Assembly: GCA_038143065.1 (NCBI GenBank)
Contig: JAYQLI010000035.1
Location: forward strand, 608,001-672,000
Source of the DNA: Rhodospirillales bacterium
Lineage (GTDB): Bacteria > Pseudomonadota > Alphaproteobacteria > Bin95
DNA length: 64,000 nucleotides
Direction of reading: 5' to 3'
The first letter of the stretch is position 1. Each line of letters begins with the position of its first letter. The position numbers and the translations under genes are program-made. Shown here one piece after another: positions 44,279-55,861 of the stretch. The notes beneath the pieces were generated by a model. That model was not told the origin of the DNA. It was given only the letters and a program-made list of their open reading frames with translations, and made no database searches.

Positions 44279-44649
44279 AACAGAATTCCTTAAAAAACCT
44301 AAATCAACTGGTTAATAACACTGCAACTAACTAAAACGCAAAAAACAGATGGAAATCCCGCGACTTAAAGCTAAAGCCAGATTTTTGAGTTTTACTGCAC
44401 ACCAGAAAGTAGAGAGTTTACAGGCCACTCTTCGAAACAACACAGTTATATCTGCGGTAATAAAATCAATTGTTTTGCAAGGAACCAAACCAGACTAGAA
44501 ATCACTGGGTATATTGCAAACGGCGGTATCAACTCACGCTGAAAAAAAAGTGATAAAATATCAGTAGAAGACAAAACTATTAATGATCATGCATATTAGC
44601 ATCAGAAATAAATTTTTATTGATTCATCAAAACTTTGGATATGTAACAG

Positions 44650-45825
44650 ATGATAGATCAAGATCTCCCTTTCGCTGGACTAAAAGTTTTAGATATGTCT
44701 CAGGGGGTTGCTGGGCCTCATTGCGGCCTATTGCTTGCACAGCACGGAGCTGATGTAACCAAACTAGAGCCTCTTGGTGGAGATTGGGGAAGAGCTCTTG
44801 GCGTCCGTTATGGCGATTTTTGCGGATTTGGCGCGGTTTATAATCGTGGCAAGAAGTCAATTTCGGTAGATCTAAAAACAACTTCTGGTCTTGAAGTTGC
44901 AAAAAAACTAGCAGCTAAAGCTGACGTCATACTTGAGAGTTTTCGACCCGGTGTAATGGCTCGTTTTGGTCTGGATTATGAAACTGTATCTGCTGTTAAT
45001 CCATCGGTTGTTTACATGTCCGTTTCTGGCTATGGGCAGCAAGGGCCATATAGCAAACAACCGGTTACTGACTCAGTTATGCAGGCATTTTCTGGTCTTA
45101 TGAGCGTCAATAAAGACGCCAACGGTAATCCGCAAAGAATTGGCATTATTGCAGTTGATGTTCTCACAGGGCTTTACGGATTTCAGGCCGTCAGCCCAGC
45201 ACTCTACCGACGCCTGCGCACGGGTAAGGGACAACATTTAGACATTAGCTTAATGCAATCAGCTTTATCCTTTTTATCTTCAAAAATGGTTGAACGACAT
45301 CTTCAAGGACCCGAACAACAGGTCCTGGGTGCCCCAGTTGGCACGTTCAAAACGTCTGATGGTTATATCAATATTAATGCACGAAGAGATCCACATTTTA
45401 AGGCGCTAATGGCGATGATTGGTCGTCCAGAACTAATTGACGATCCCAAATTCTCTACTGCTGAGGCACGTAATCTTAATACAGATGAGATCTCAGCAAT
45501 TATTGCTGAAGAAACGCCGAAGCAAAGCACTGAGGATTGGCTATCCAAGCTTCATGCGGAAGATATCTTAGCAGGCCGCGTCAATGACTTTCCAGATATA
45601 ATTGCTGATGAACACGTACAGGTCATCCAAGCTGTCAGGTGGACTAATCAGCCGGAGATGGGTGAAATACCATTACCTTTAATCCCTGGCGCTGCTGTAC
45701 CAGTGGCCGACAAGGCGACCTCGCCCTATCTTGGAGAGCATACATGTGTTGTCCTCAAAGAGCTGGGCTACGATGATCAAACAATCGAGCAAATGTTATC
45801 CAGTGGTGAGGCACTACAAAGGTAA
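44650..45825 (+). CDS. CaiB/BaiF family III CoA-transferase
   Basis: LKVLDMSQGVAGP, HGADVTKLEP, NRGKKSI and ESFRPGVM. Confidence 0.92.
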   Translation: MIDQDLPFAGLKVLDMSQGVAGPHCGLLLAQHGADVTKLEPLGGDWGRALGVRYGDFCGFGAVYNRGKKSISVDLKTTSGLEVAKKLAAKADVILESFRPGVMARFGLDYETVSAVNPSVVYMSVSGYGQQGPYSKQPVTDSVMQAFSGLMSVNKDANGNPQRIGIIAVDVLTGLYGFQAVSPALYRRLRTGKGQHLDISLMQSALSFLSSKMVERHLQGPEQQVLGAPVGTFKTSDGYININARRDPHFKALMAMIGRPELIDDPKFSTAEARNLNTDEISAIIAEETPKQSTEDWLSKLHAEDILAGRVNDFPDIIADEHVQVIQAVRWTNQPEMGEIPLPLIPGAAVPVADKATSPYLGEHTCVVLKELGYDDQTIEQMLSSGEALQR

Positions 45826-45840
45826 TAGAAGGCCGCTTTA

Positions 45841-47621
45841 ATGACTGAACCAGCTCACGATCTTGGTGATCTTCCAAATTGGGACCTAACCGATCTTTAT
45901 TCTGGGATAAATGATCCGAAGCTAGAAGCGGACCTGTCTGAGTGCGGTGGGCGTTCAGCAACATTTGAAAAAACATGGAAAAGTAATCTTATTGGAATAG
46001 ACGCTAAGTCTTTAAAGCAAGCTATAGTCGAATATGAAGCGATTGATGAAATATTATCGAGGATAATGAGTTTTGCAGGCCTGCTTCATGCAGGCGATCT
46101 ATCAGATCCCGCACGTGGTCAGTTCATGCAAAACATGAGCGAACGTGCCACCGATATCGCATCAAAATTAGTGTTTTTTGAGTTAGAAATTAATCAATTC
46201 TCGGAGGAAGCAATTTCAGCTCTTATTAGCGATCCAGAATTGTCTCCTTATGGTATCTGGTTAGACCAGCTTAGCCGATGGAGGGCGCACCAACTTTCAG
46301 AGGAAATGGAAACCTTCATTCAAGAAAAGGCTTCAAGTGGCAGGCAAGCATGGAACAGGCTTTTGATGAAACTATGGCCGACCTGCGTTTTGTTGTCTCT
46401 GGCCAGACGCTAACTAACGCTGAAGCTCTTAACCTCCTCTCCTCACCGATTAGACAGCAACGTAAAGAAGCTGGCGAAGCAATTGGTACCACACTGAAAG
46501 AAAATTCTCGTATTTTTACGCAAATTACAAATACGCTGGCTAAAGATAAGTTTGTAGAAGATAAATGGCGCAAATACACTCGACCAATATCATCCCGTAA
46601 TCTTTCTAATCAGGTAGAAGATGAGGTTGTCGACGCCTTAGTTGAAGCTGTGCGCAGTTCTTATAGCCAACTCTCCCATCGGTATTACTCAATTAAGGCA
46701 AATTGGTTTGGTGGCGAGCGGTTGGAATATTATGATCGCAACGCTCCTCTGCCAGATAGCGTAGAGCGTAATATTCCATGGTCAGAGGCAGAGCACATCG
46801 TACTTGAAGCCTATGATGCGTTCAGCCCAAAGCTAGCTGATGTAGCAAGGCCTTTTTTTGAAAACTCTTGGATCGATGCGCCCACTCGAGCGGGTAAGAG
46901 TCCAGGTGCTTTTGCGCACCCGACCGTTCCCTCTGCACATCCTTACCTGCTCTTAAATTATCAGGGCAAGACCCGTGATGTGATGACTTTAGCTCATGAG
47001 TTAGGTCATGGTGTGCATCAAAGGTTAGCGGCGTCGCAAGGGCACTTTCTATCGAATACACCTCTCACTTTAGCTGAGACAGCATCTGTATTTGGGGAAA
47101 TGTTAACCTTTCAGAAATTACTGAAAGATGCTGATCCTAAAACAAAGAAAGCGCTTCTCGCCGGCAAGACTGAGGATATGTTGAATACGGTAATCAGGCA
47201 GATTGCCATGCTCATGTTTGAAATTAATCTGCACAATGAACGAAAAAATGGCGAGCTATCTACTGACCGAATTTGTGAAATATGGATGGAAACACAAACC
47301 GAAAGTCTAGGCCCGGCACTAAATTTCGATGATGGCTACAAATATTTTTGGTCCTATATCCCACATTTCATTCATTCACCATTTTATGTCTACGCTTATG
47401 CTTTTGGTGATTGCCTCGTTAACGCCCTCTACGCTGTCTATCAGGATAGCGAAGCGGGATTTGCCGATCGTTATCTAGAAATGCTCGCGGCAGGTGGATC
47501 AAAGGGACATAAAGAGCTCCTCTCACCCTTTGGGTTAGATGAATCTGACCCAGATTTTTGGAAACGTGGGCTTAATGTGATTGGTGGGTTTATCGACCAA
47601 TTGGAAACGATAGATGGTTAA
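45841..47621 (+). CDS. pepF: M3B oligoendopeptidase F (frameshift ~46362)
   Basis: WDLTDLY, TLAHELGHGVH, AETASVFGE and HFIHSPFYVYAYAFG. Confidence 0.92.
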
Positions 47622-48954
47622 CGAAGACGGTTTTACGAGCCGAGCCAAACGTTTTGCCAGGACAACACGAACTGTTGGTGGGCTTGCTGCAAAACTAGCA
47701 AGCGAGCGCTACCTTGGGCGTACTATTAATAGAGAAATTCACGCCAGTGAGCTCCGTGAGGCGATCGGTAACCTTAAAGGCCCTTTAATGAAAGTTGCTC
47801 AAATTTTAGCAACAATTCCCGACGCCATACCAGAAGAGTACGCAGAAGAGCTTCGGCAATTACAAGCTGACGCGCCCTCCATGGGTCCGCCATTTGTTCG
47901 GCGCAGAATGGCTGGTGAATTAGGCCCAGAATGGCGTTCTAAATTTAATACTTTTGATCTCAATGCAGCTCACGCGGCTTCTCTTGGCCAAGTACACAGA
48001 GCTTCTCTGTTTGATGGGCAAGATGTGGCAGTAAAGTTACAGTACCCTCAAGTGTCAGCCGCAGTGGAAGCAGACCTAAAGCAACTTCGTCTGATCATTT
48101 CGGTTTACAAACGTTATGATAGCGCCATCCAACCAGAACATATTCAGGAAGAAATAGCCGACAGGCTTCGGGAAGAGCTGGATTACGGCCTCGAAGCCCA
48201 TCACATGGCCTTCTATAACAATATTCTGAGTGATGTACCCGGCGTCCAAACGCCAATTTCAATACCAGAGCTGTCGACAAGCCGGCTTCTCACCATGTCC
48301 TGGCTTACCGGCAGTAAACTTGTTGATTTAATCGATAAACCAGTCGAAATAAGAAATACCGTGGCGGAGAATATGTTTAGGGCGTGGTACGTGCCTTTCT
48401 ACAAGTATGGCGCCATCCACGGCGACCCCCATCTTGGAAACTATTCCGTAACGAATGATTTCCAGGTCAATCTTTTAGATTTCGGCTGCATCCGTATTTT
48501 TCCACCAAGCTTTGTTTATGGCGTTATTGAGCTGTATCTTGCGCTTAAAGATAAGGACAGAGACCGAGCTGCAGCAGCTTACGCAGCTTGGGGCTTTGAA
48601 AACTTATCCAATGAGCTCTTAGACGTATTGAATATATGGGCTAATTTTATTTATGCACCGCTCTTGGAAGATAAGGTGCGCAAAATTCAAGATAGTGATA
48701 GCGGCCATTACGGTGCTGAAGTAGCCCAAACCGTCCATAAAGAACTTCGACGCCTAGGCGGCGTAGCACCACCCCGTGAATTTGTGCTTATGGATAGAGC
48801 TGCAATTGGCTTAGGCTCGGTGTTTATGCGCCTCAAGGCAGAACTTAATTGGGCAGAAATGTTCCAAAACCTGACAACTGATTTCAATATAGATGTGCTA
48901 AAGCAGCGTCAGGAAGAAGCTCTATCTGCATCTGGCCTATCAAAGCATCATTAA
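47614..48954 (+). CDS. ABC1/AarF/UbiB family atypical kinase
   Basis: AASLGQVH, VAVKLQYP, HGDPHLGN and LLDFG. Confidence 0.92.
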   Translation: MVNEDGFTSRAKRFARTTRTVGGLAAKLASERYLGRTINREIHASELREAIGNLKGPLMKVAQILATIPDAIPEEYAEELRQLQADAPSMGPPFVRRRMAGELGPEWRSKFNTFDLNAAHAASLGQVHRASLFDGQDVAVKLQYPQVSAAVEADLKQLRLIISVYKRYDSAIQPEHIQEEIADRLREELDYGLEAHHMAFYNNILSDVPGVQTPISIPELSTSRLLTMSWLTGSKLVDLIDKPVEIRNTVAENMFRAWYVPFYKYGAIHGDPHLGNYSVTNDFQVNLLDFGCIRIFPPSFVYGVIELYLALKDKDRDRAAAAYAAWGFENLSNELLDVLNIWANFIYAPLLEDKVRKIQDSDSGHYGAEVAQTVHKELRRLGGVAPPREFVLMDRAAIGLGSVFMRLKAELNWAEMFQNLTTDFNIDVLKQRQEEALSASGLSKHH

Positions 48955-49018
48955 ATTCATCATCGCAATTATTCATTATTCACGTTAGGCTTCCTCGTAT
49001 CATTTGGGAAAGCAGAAA

Positions 49019-49888
49019 ATGAAATTTGGGCTTAGATACTGTAATACCGGTCGCTATGTGGATCCAATCAAAGCAAAAGAACTTCTTCAGGCAGGGGAAG
49101 AGGCAGGCTTCGAGAGTTCCTGGACGGTAGAACACACAGTTGTGCCTGGTGGATACGCCTCTTCCTATCCATATTCCCAAGATGGTCGAATGGCTGGAGG
49201 TAAGAATGATATTCCTCTCCCAGACCCCTTAATTTGGATGGCTTATGCCGCGGCTTGGACTACAAAGATTAAGCTTGGCACCGGAATCTTAATCCTACCA
49301 CAACACAATCCGGTGGTAGCAGCCAAACAGATAGCAACTCTCGATAATATGTCCGGCGGTCGAATTCTGCTCGGCATATGCGTTGGGTGGCTTAAAGAAG
49401 AATTCGAAGCGATTGGAGTTCCTTTCGAAGACCGCGGTCGCAGAACAGATGAATACGTCCATGCATTGCGTGAATTATGGTCAGCAGAATCTCCAACCTT
49501 CAAAGGGGAATTTACATCATTTGAGAATGCTTATTGCCGCCCGCAACCAACCAATAAGACTGTTCCAATAATAATTGGAGGGCATTCAAAAGCGGCGGCA
49601 AGAAGAGCTGGTCGACTAGGAGATGGCTTTTTCCCAGCAAGAGGTGCATCAGAGGAGCTGATAGATCTTGTCCGCAAAACGGCGGAAGAAAATCAACGAG
49701 ATCCAAGTTCAATTGAAGTTACGACCAGCATGCCTGATGACCTATCTGAGATCTCAAAATTGGCAAAAATAGGAGTTGGTCGAATCTTGGTGCCAGTTAC
49801 TGGCATGGCAGGATTGCCACCAGCAATACAAAGTCCAGAAGAAGCTTTGTCTTGGAAGAACAGGATTGAAGATATGGCAGGGATTTAA
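49019..49888 (+). CDS. LLM-class flavin-dependent oxidoreductase, probable F420-dependent Rv2161c-like subfamily
   Basis: GFESSWTVEH, DPLIWMAY, AKQIATLD and GWLKEEF. Confidence 0.8.
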   Translation: MKFGLRYCNTGRYVDPIKAKELLQAGEEAGFESSWTVEHTVVPGGYASSYPYSQDGRMAGGKNDIPLPDPLIWMAYAAAWTTKIKLGTGILILPQHNPVVAAKQIATLDNMSGGRILLGICVGWLKEEFEAIGVPFEDRGRRTDEYVHALRELWSAESPTFKGEFTSFENAYCRPQPTNKTVPIIIGGHSKAAARRAGRLGDGFFPARGASEELIDLVRKTAEENQRDPSSIEVTTSMPDDLSEISKLAKIGVGRILVPVTGMAGLPPAIQSPEEALSWKNRIEDMAGI

Positions 49889-49998
49889 TCTGAAAGAAGT
49901 TAATCAAAGGTTCTTTGATTATAGTGCTTTAACCAATTTTAAATTGTGGAACATTGCGCCGCCTCGCTTTGGCGCTAACTCCATGCTAGTGCGAAAAT

Positions 49999-50709
49999 AT
50001 GAAAACACCTGTGATTGGCATAACAGCAGATCTAGAAGAGACTGGTGGCTACTCCGCTCTGCCTTGGTATGCTTTACGACAAAACTATGCGTCCTCAATA
50101 ACTCGCGCTGGCGGAATACCTATAATTCTGCCTCATGAGATGTCTCTTATAGATAGTTATCTCAACCTCATTGATGGCCTTATGGTAACTGGCGGAGCCT
50201 TTGATGTAGATCCCGCACTGTTTGGAGAAAGTACACAGCATTCTTCTGTTACTCTTAAGCGAAACCGCACAAATTTTGAGTTAGCGATTACAAAGCTAGC
50301 CCTCCAGAACAATCTTCCAGTTTTAGGGATTTGTGGTGGCCAACAGCTCCTTCACGTTATTTTGGGGGGAGCGTTACATCAGCACATTCCAGATGAAGCT
50401 CCCAGTAACATTGAGCATGAACAAAGAAATCCAAGGACAGAGCCAGGCCATGATGTATTGGTTGTAGAAAACACGATGCTGTCCAGGATAACTGGAATGC
50501 AAAGATTTCCTGTCAATAGCGCGCATCACCAAGCAGCAAAGAACTGTCCTGAAGGTGTTATAATATCTGCCTATGCCGAGGATGGCTTAATAGAAGCTAT
50601 CGAAGCCCCCTCCTACAAATTTTGTATGGGCGTACAATGGCACCCAGAATATAGGATTAGTCCAGCCGACGACGCTATCCTGGCATCATTTGTAGAGGCA
50701 ACAAGATGA
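49999..50709 (+). CDS. Peptidase C26 / gamma-glutamyl-gamma-aminobutyrate hydrolase (PuuD-like)
   Basis: LGICGG, VNSAHHQ and GVQWHPE class I GATase triad. Confidence 0.88.
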   Translation: MKTPVIGITADLEETGGYSALPWYALRQNYASSITRAGGIPIILPHEMSLIDSYLNLIDGLMVTGGAFDVDPALFGESTQHSSVTLKRNRTNFELAITKLALQNNLPVLGICGGQQLLHVILGGALHQHIPDEAPSNIEHEQRNPRTEPGHDVLVVENTMLSRITGMQRFPVNSAHHQAAKNCPEGVIISAYAEDGLIEAIEAPSYKFCMGVQWHPEYRISPADDAILASFVEATR

Positions 50710-51464
50710 GTCCTGAACTAGAAAAAGAACGTATTGCAAAACGCATTGCTCGTGCTGGGGTAGCCTCTCGTAGAGACGCAGAAGCGATGATTATGGCAGG
50801 AAGAGTTGTTCTCAACGGAGAGAAACTTAAAACAGCCGCAACTCTGGTAAACGATGCCGACACGATACTTATTGATGGGAAACCATTAAATAAACCCGAG
50901 AGAACACGCCTCTGGCGTTATAACAAACCCAAAGGGCTAGTCACGACAAATCGAGATGAGCGTGGACGCATTACTATTTTCGATAAGCTCCCCAGCCATC
51001 TACCGCGTATAATGACAGTAGGCCGTCTCGATCTCACTTCTGAAGGATTATTACTTCTTACTAATGATGGAGGGTTGGCGAGAGCTCTTGAACATCCATC
51101 AAGAGCATGGACGAGACGATACAGAGCTAGGGTGTTTGGTCTACCAACCCCTAACGCATTGGCTGCACTAAAAAACGGTGTCACTGTAGACGGTATTACC
51201 TTTGGTTCAATTAGCGCAGTGGTTGAAGAAGGCGACAAGAATGCCGGACGTTCCAATATTTGGCTTTCTGTAACTCTAAAAGAAGGTAAAAATCGTGAAG
51301 TTAGAAAGGCACTCGAATTTGTCGGGCTCCCAGTATCACGCTTGATAAGACCCGCTTATGGACCTTTTCAATTAGGAAAGCTTCAACCAGGAGAAGTCTA
51401 GGAAACCCCAACAAAGGTTCTTAAAGAACAGCTCGGCTCGTCTGCATCAGAATTTAAATTTTAA
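50706..51464 (+). CDS. rluB: 23S rRNA pseudouridine synthase RluB-like (internal TAG at 51399-51401)
   Basis: S4 domain, VGRLDLTSEGLLL and EGKNREVR; the frame continues after TAG as ETPTKVLKEQLG to TAA 51464, 2 nt before rsmD. Confidence 0.88.
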
Positions 51465-51466
51465 AT

Positions 51467-52027
51467 ATGCGGATTATTGGAGGTATCCATAAAGGACGGA
51501 TCATTGCAGCACCTCAAGGCATGAAAGTTCGTCCGACAACGGATAGAGTCCGACAATCAATGTTTAATGTCCTTGAACATGGTAAATTTTCTGGCATTGG
51601 AAATCCTATAAAGGGGGCCACAGTCTTAGACGCATTCTCTGGAACGGGAGCTCTTGCCATTGAAGCTTTGTCCAGAGGCGCAGCCTCGGCGACGTGCATG
51701 GATATTGATCAAAGCTCTTTGCAGCAAATTGAAAAAAATGCTGCTAGTCTCTCTGAAACACAACGTCTCCAAGTCATTTTAAGTGACGCCACAAATCCTC
51801 CTAAAGCGATAGCTTCTGCAAGTCTAATTTTTCTTGACCCGCCCTATGGCCTTGGTCAGGTTGAAGTGGCTCTAAACGCCCTTCGCGACGCAAATTGGAT
51901 ATCTAAAAACGCGATTGTCGTGGCAGAAACCGGAGTTAAGGAAGACTTATCAATAATTGATGGGTTTCTCACTTTAGATCGCCGTAAATACGGGAAAATA
52001 GCAATAACTTTTCTTCAAGCTTCTTGA
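51467..52027 (+). CDS. rsmD: 16S rRNA m2G966 methyltransferase
   Basis: MRIIGG, RPTTDRVRQSMFN, LDAFSGTGAL and FLDPPY. Confidence 0.95.
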   Translation: MRIIGGIHKGRIIAAPQGMKVRPTTDRVRQSMFNVLEHGKFSGIGNPIKGATVLDAFSGTGALAIEALSRGAASATCMDIDQSSLQQIEKNAASLSETQRLQVILSDATNPPKAIASASLIFLDPPYGLGQVEVALNALRDANWISKNAIVVAETGVKEDLSIIDGFLTLDRRKYGKIAITFLQAS

Positions 52028-52046
52028 TCTGTTGCAATTGAGAGAG

Positions 52047-52065
52047 CAGTCCGACCGCAGGACTG
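52047..52065. terminator. Hairpin between convergent rsmD and isochorismatase-family genes
   Basis: CAGTCC-N7-GGACTG inverted repeat in the convergent gap. Confidence 0.4.
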
Positions 52066-52082
52066 GATGCGATCAACAAATC

Positions 52083-52772
52083 TTAATTTTTAAAACGTGA
52101 CTTTAGCTCCATTAAGACTTCATCAAGCGGTTCTACATCAGCCATTTTCATATCCATATCGAACATATTAGCTCGATGCACCTGGAGTGATCTATCGCCA
52201 CAGCAATCCTCAATTACGGTAACCCTGAAGTTGTGATTAAAGGCATCAAGAGCTCCGGCCCTCACACATCCCGAAGTAGAAATTCCAACAATAATGACAC
52301 TGTCGATATCTGCGTATCTTAACCAGCTTTCTAAAGGCGTCGCAAAAAACGGGGAAGGTTTGTTTTTTAGAACAATTACATCCTGCTCACGTGGCCCATA
52401 AGCCTCTGGCCACTGATCTGCGTTAGGGTCAGATGTGTATTGATATGTGTCCGCTGTACCTAATTTCAGGTTCCAAACACCTCTCTTCGTAGGATGGCTA
52501 CGATCATCACGCCGGCTATAGAAGATGGGCAAGTTAAGGTCACGAAACGCATCAGTTACTTTTACCAAGTTGTTGATTAATCGATCATCACGTTCAGCGC
52601 ACATATCATATTTTGGGTCTACGAAGTTATTCGTAGTATCGATATTCAAAAGAGCTGGTCGAGAACCTATACCAATCTTCTCCCCAAAACCCGCCTTCGC
52701 GTATGCCTGCATCTCCTGTTCATCTATCAAATCGGCCCATCTTTGCAGTTTTGCATTTGGGATTTTCGACAT
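52083..52772 (-). CDS. Isochorismatase-family cysteine hydrolase (maleamate amidohydrolase/N-carbamoylsarcosine amidase-like)
   Basis: RPALLNID, KNKPSPFF and GISTSGCVRA (D-K-C triad). Confidence 0.88.
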   Translation of the reverse strand: MSKIPNAKLQRWADLIDEQEMQAYAKAGFGEKIGIGSRPALLNIDTTNNFVDPKYDMCAERDDRLINNLVKVTDAFRDLNLPIFYSRRDDRSHPTKRGVWNLKLGTADTYQYTSDPNADQWPEAYGPREQDVIVLKNKPSPFFATPLESWLRYADIDSVIIVGISTSGCVRAGALDAFNHNFRVTVIEDCCGDRSLQVHRANMFDMDMKMADVEPLDEVLMELKSRFKN

Positions 52773-52988
52773 CAAAATGTCCTTCTAAAAGCTAGGAATT
52801 TAAAGATATGACCGATTATGTGTCTCAAAATTTTTAAAAGTCTAAAAGATCAACAACTTCTACTAAACTCAACGAGATAGTCTTTAACATTCCACATTTA
52901 GACCAGGCAAACTGAACACATCTTATATTTTAAGTTAAACTAATGAACCTCTTTATGCACAAAAATGATACGTCTATAGGGCTAAAAA

Positions 52989-53945
52989 ATGTCGGAAAAA
53001 ATTATTGCTTTCGATTTTGTCGATAAAACTTGCCGGAATATAACTAGGGCATCTATAGCCTCAACAATTACTGAGGGAAAATATTGTTGGGTTGATACCG
53101 AGGTTAATTCAGAAACTGAGTCTCTACTAAGTGACCTTGAAATAAACCGATCAACGATTGACTCGATTTATAGAACCCAAGCTCAAAGCCAAGTTAGGGT
53201 TCGTAGTAACTTTCTGCATATCACTCTCGTCGAGACTGAGATCAAGGCAGATAAACTTATTTTAAAACCTCTGCAGATAATACTTGGCCCTGGATATCTT
53301 ATCACATTAACAAATGGCCGTTCTGAACTCCTCGATAAAATGCGCCTCACCTACGAAGAGGATTTTTCTAGTACAGCCCGATCTGGCGGTTTCCTTCTGT
53401 TTGAAATAGCTGATCATCTCATTGATGGTTTTAGAGCAGCACTCAGACAGCTTTCTGAAAAAGTTGATGAAATACAGCAACGACTTTTAAAAAATATTGG
53501 CGACGAAATTCTAATCCAAGTATCAAACTTAACTCGTGAACTCCTTGAATATCGAAATTCAGTAGTTTCTGCCCGTGAAGCTCTTGATGAGCTGGCAACT
53601 AGACGTTCTCCATATATAGAAACATCGACCCAGCCTTTTCTTGATAGGCAAACAATTCCCTTAGATCGCCTTGCAAATGATGCCGCAACGGAGCGCACGG
53701 TGTTATCAGAGAGTATTAATTTGTATATGGGATTGGTAAGCCGTCGTACCGGGAAAATAGTACACCGACTGACACTAGTAAGTAGTGTCTTTTTACCATT
53801 GAACTTTACTGCGGCAGTTTACGGCATGAATTTCGACAACATGCCAGAATTAAGTTGGAAATACGGTTATCCTGCATTCTGGTTATTCACCATCACATTA
53901 GTAGTGGCGACCGTTATCCTGCTACGCAAAAGCTCCAAAACATAG
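52989..53945 (+). CDS. corA: CorA-family Mg2+/Co2+ transporter
   Basis: FLPLNFTAAVYGMNF and MPEL signature. Confidence 0.9.
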   Translation: MSEKIIAFDFVDKTCRNITRASIASTITEGKYCWVDTEVNSETESLLSDLEINRSTIDSIYRTQAQSQVRVRSNFLHITLVETEIKADKLILKPLQIILGPGYLITLTNGRSELLDKMRLTYEEDFSSTARSGGFLLFEIADHLIDGFRAALRQLSEKVDEIQQRLLKNIGDEILIQVSNLTRELLEYRNSVVSAREALDELATRRSPYIETSTQPFLDRQTIPLDRLANDAATERTVLSESINLYMGLVSRRTGKIVHRLTLVSSVFLPLNFTAAVYGMNFDNMPELSWKYGYPAFWLFTITLVVATVILLRKSSKT

Positions 53946-54093
53946 CTGACAATAGTTAATAATACTCAAAATTTAAGGCGATAAATCTAAAGACTGTTTT
54001 AGCAAACAAGGATTAACTCAGTGCACCCACATATGCGTGCATCCCCTTCAGCATGAGCACTAAATGTCAAATTTTTATTGTAAATAATGTATC

Positions 54094-54755
54094 TCATTTA
54101 AGAACACTGGCCGCCTGCCATGGCTCACCGATTTTATCCAGAAACACAAATTCACCCATGCTTCCTCTTCCTACAGGCCCAAAGTTACCCAGCGGATATC
54201 CAATTGGAATGATCGCGTAAGAATGCACGCCTCTTGGTAACCCCAGAGCTTTTTCAGACTCTTCTTCAAAATAGAGGTGTCTGTTTGTTAATGTAGCTCC
54301 TAATCCAAGTGCACGAGCTGCCAACAGCATATTCTGAACAGCGGGGTATATTGAGGCACCAGAGTGACGTGTTGGTTTTGACTCCCCATGATCTATGCAC
54401 GCTACAATCCAAATTGGCGCCTCATGGAAATGATCGGTCAAATATTCAACTGCTGTATGTTGCCTATGATACCCTTCCTTCGTTGAACCAGGCGGAGGAC
54501 TGATCGAAGAGTAGCGGGGCTAATCCATTCGTCGTAAGCCTTTTTATAAATAACCTGAACTTTTTTCTTTATTTCAATGTCTTTAACAACAAGAAAGCGC
54601 CAGGTTTGCATATTCCCACCATTAGCGGCGGACATTCCAGCCTTTAAAATCTTTAACACTAAATCATCTGGCACAGGTTCTGGCTTTAAACGACGCATCG
54701 CTCTGGTCGTAAACATAATGTCAAAGACATCCTGAGAAGAAACATCGGTCATCAT
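54094..54755 (-). CDS. Nitroreductase-family flavoprotein (frameshift ~54515)
   Basis: TTRAMRRLKPEPVP and ANGGNMQTWRF; SIYPAVQNMLLAARALGLG and IPIGYP. Confidence 0.88.
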
Positions 54756-54926
54756 TAAGGCCTCGCCTAAGTGGATTTTACCAAATTGAAGTAACCAAAA
54801 ATCAAAGCGTACATTGCATATGCAATGCAATGTTATTTTGCTCATAAATAGAAATTAAAAAAACTTCTATGGCATCGAAGCGTAACCACGCTAACATCGG
54901 TTAAATAACGAGGGAGGTTTATAGAG

Positions 54927-55810
54927 ATGACACTCTCTATTCGACAAGTTGGCCCCTGTTTTGCAGGCGAAGTGACAGGAATTAATCTGACTAAACCGCT
55001 TCCACCTGGTGTCGCACAAGAAATTCATGATGCAATGGATGAATATGCTGTTCTTGTGTTTCCAGATCAGAATTTTACCGACGAAACACAGATAGCCTTT
55101 ACCGAACATTTAGGCGAAATAGAGCACTCCATTGGGGCGGGACTCAGAAAGCCCGATGAATATCGTCTCTCAACTCATTTTGCTGATGTATCGAACCTTG
55201 ATAAAGAAAATAAAGTTTACGGACGAGAGGACAGGCGACGACTATTTGCTATCGGCAATCGTCTCTGGCACTCAGACAGCAGCTTTAAGGTAGTTCCTGC
55301 GAAGTACTCCTTCTTCATGCAAGAGCTATCCCTTCAAAAGGGGGAAACACTGAGTTCGCTGATATGCGAACGGCTTATGATGACCTCGACAATGAAACGA
55401 AAAAACATATCGATGATATGATTGCTGAGCATACTCAAATCCACAGTCGGAGATCAGTTGGTTTTGAGGAATTTGATGAAGAGGAGCGCATTCGTATGGC
55501 TCCGGTAAAGCAGAGACTCGTAAGAATTCATCCATCAACCGGACGAAAATCCCTTTATCTCTCAAGCCATGCTGGCAGAATTGATGGAGTACCAGTCACT
55601 GAGGCCATGCTTCTTCTAAAAGACCTTACAGAACATGCTACCCAAAGGGAGTATGTATACTCCCATAAATGGCGGCTGCACGATCTGGTCATTTGGGATA
55701 ACCGACGCACAATGCACCGGGCTCGCCCCTTCCCTGAGAATGAACCACGGGATATGCGTCGAACAACTGTGATAGGTGATGGCCCCACAGTAGAACAACA
55801 AGTCGCTTAA
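54927..55810 (+). CDS. TauD/TfdA-family Fe(II)/2-oxoglutarate dioxygenase, TfdA-like (frameshift ~55312)
   Basis: GNRLWHSDSSF (HxD) and WDNRRTMHR. Confidence 0.9.
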
Positions 55811-55861
55811 GATATTTGACTAAACTAAACTTTAAAAAGCATCTATTTAAAGGAAGATAAT

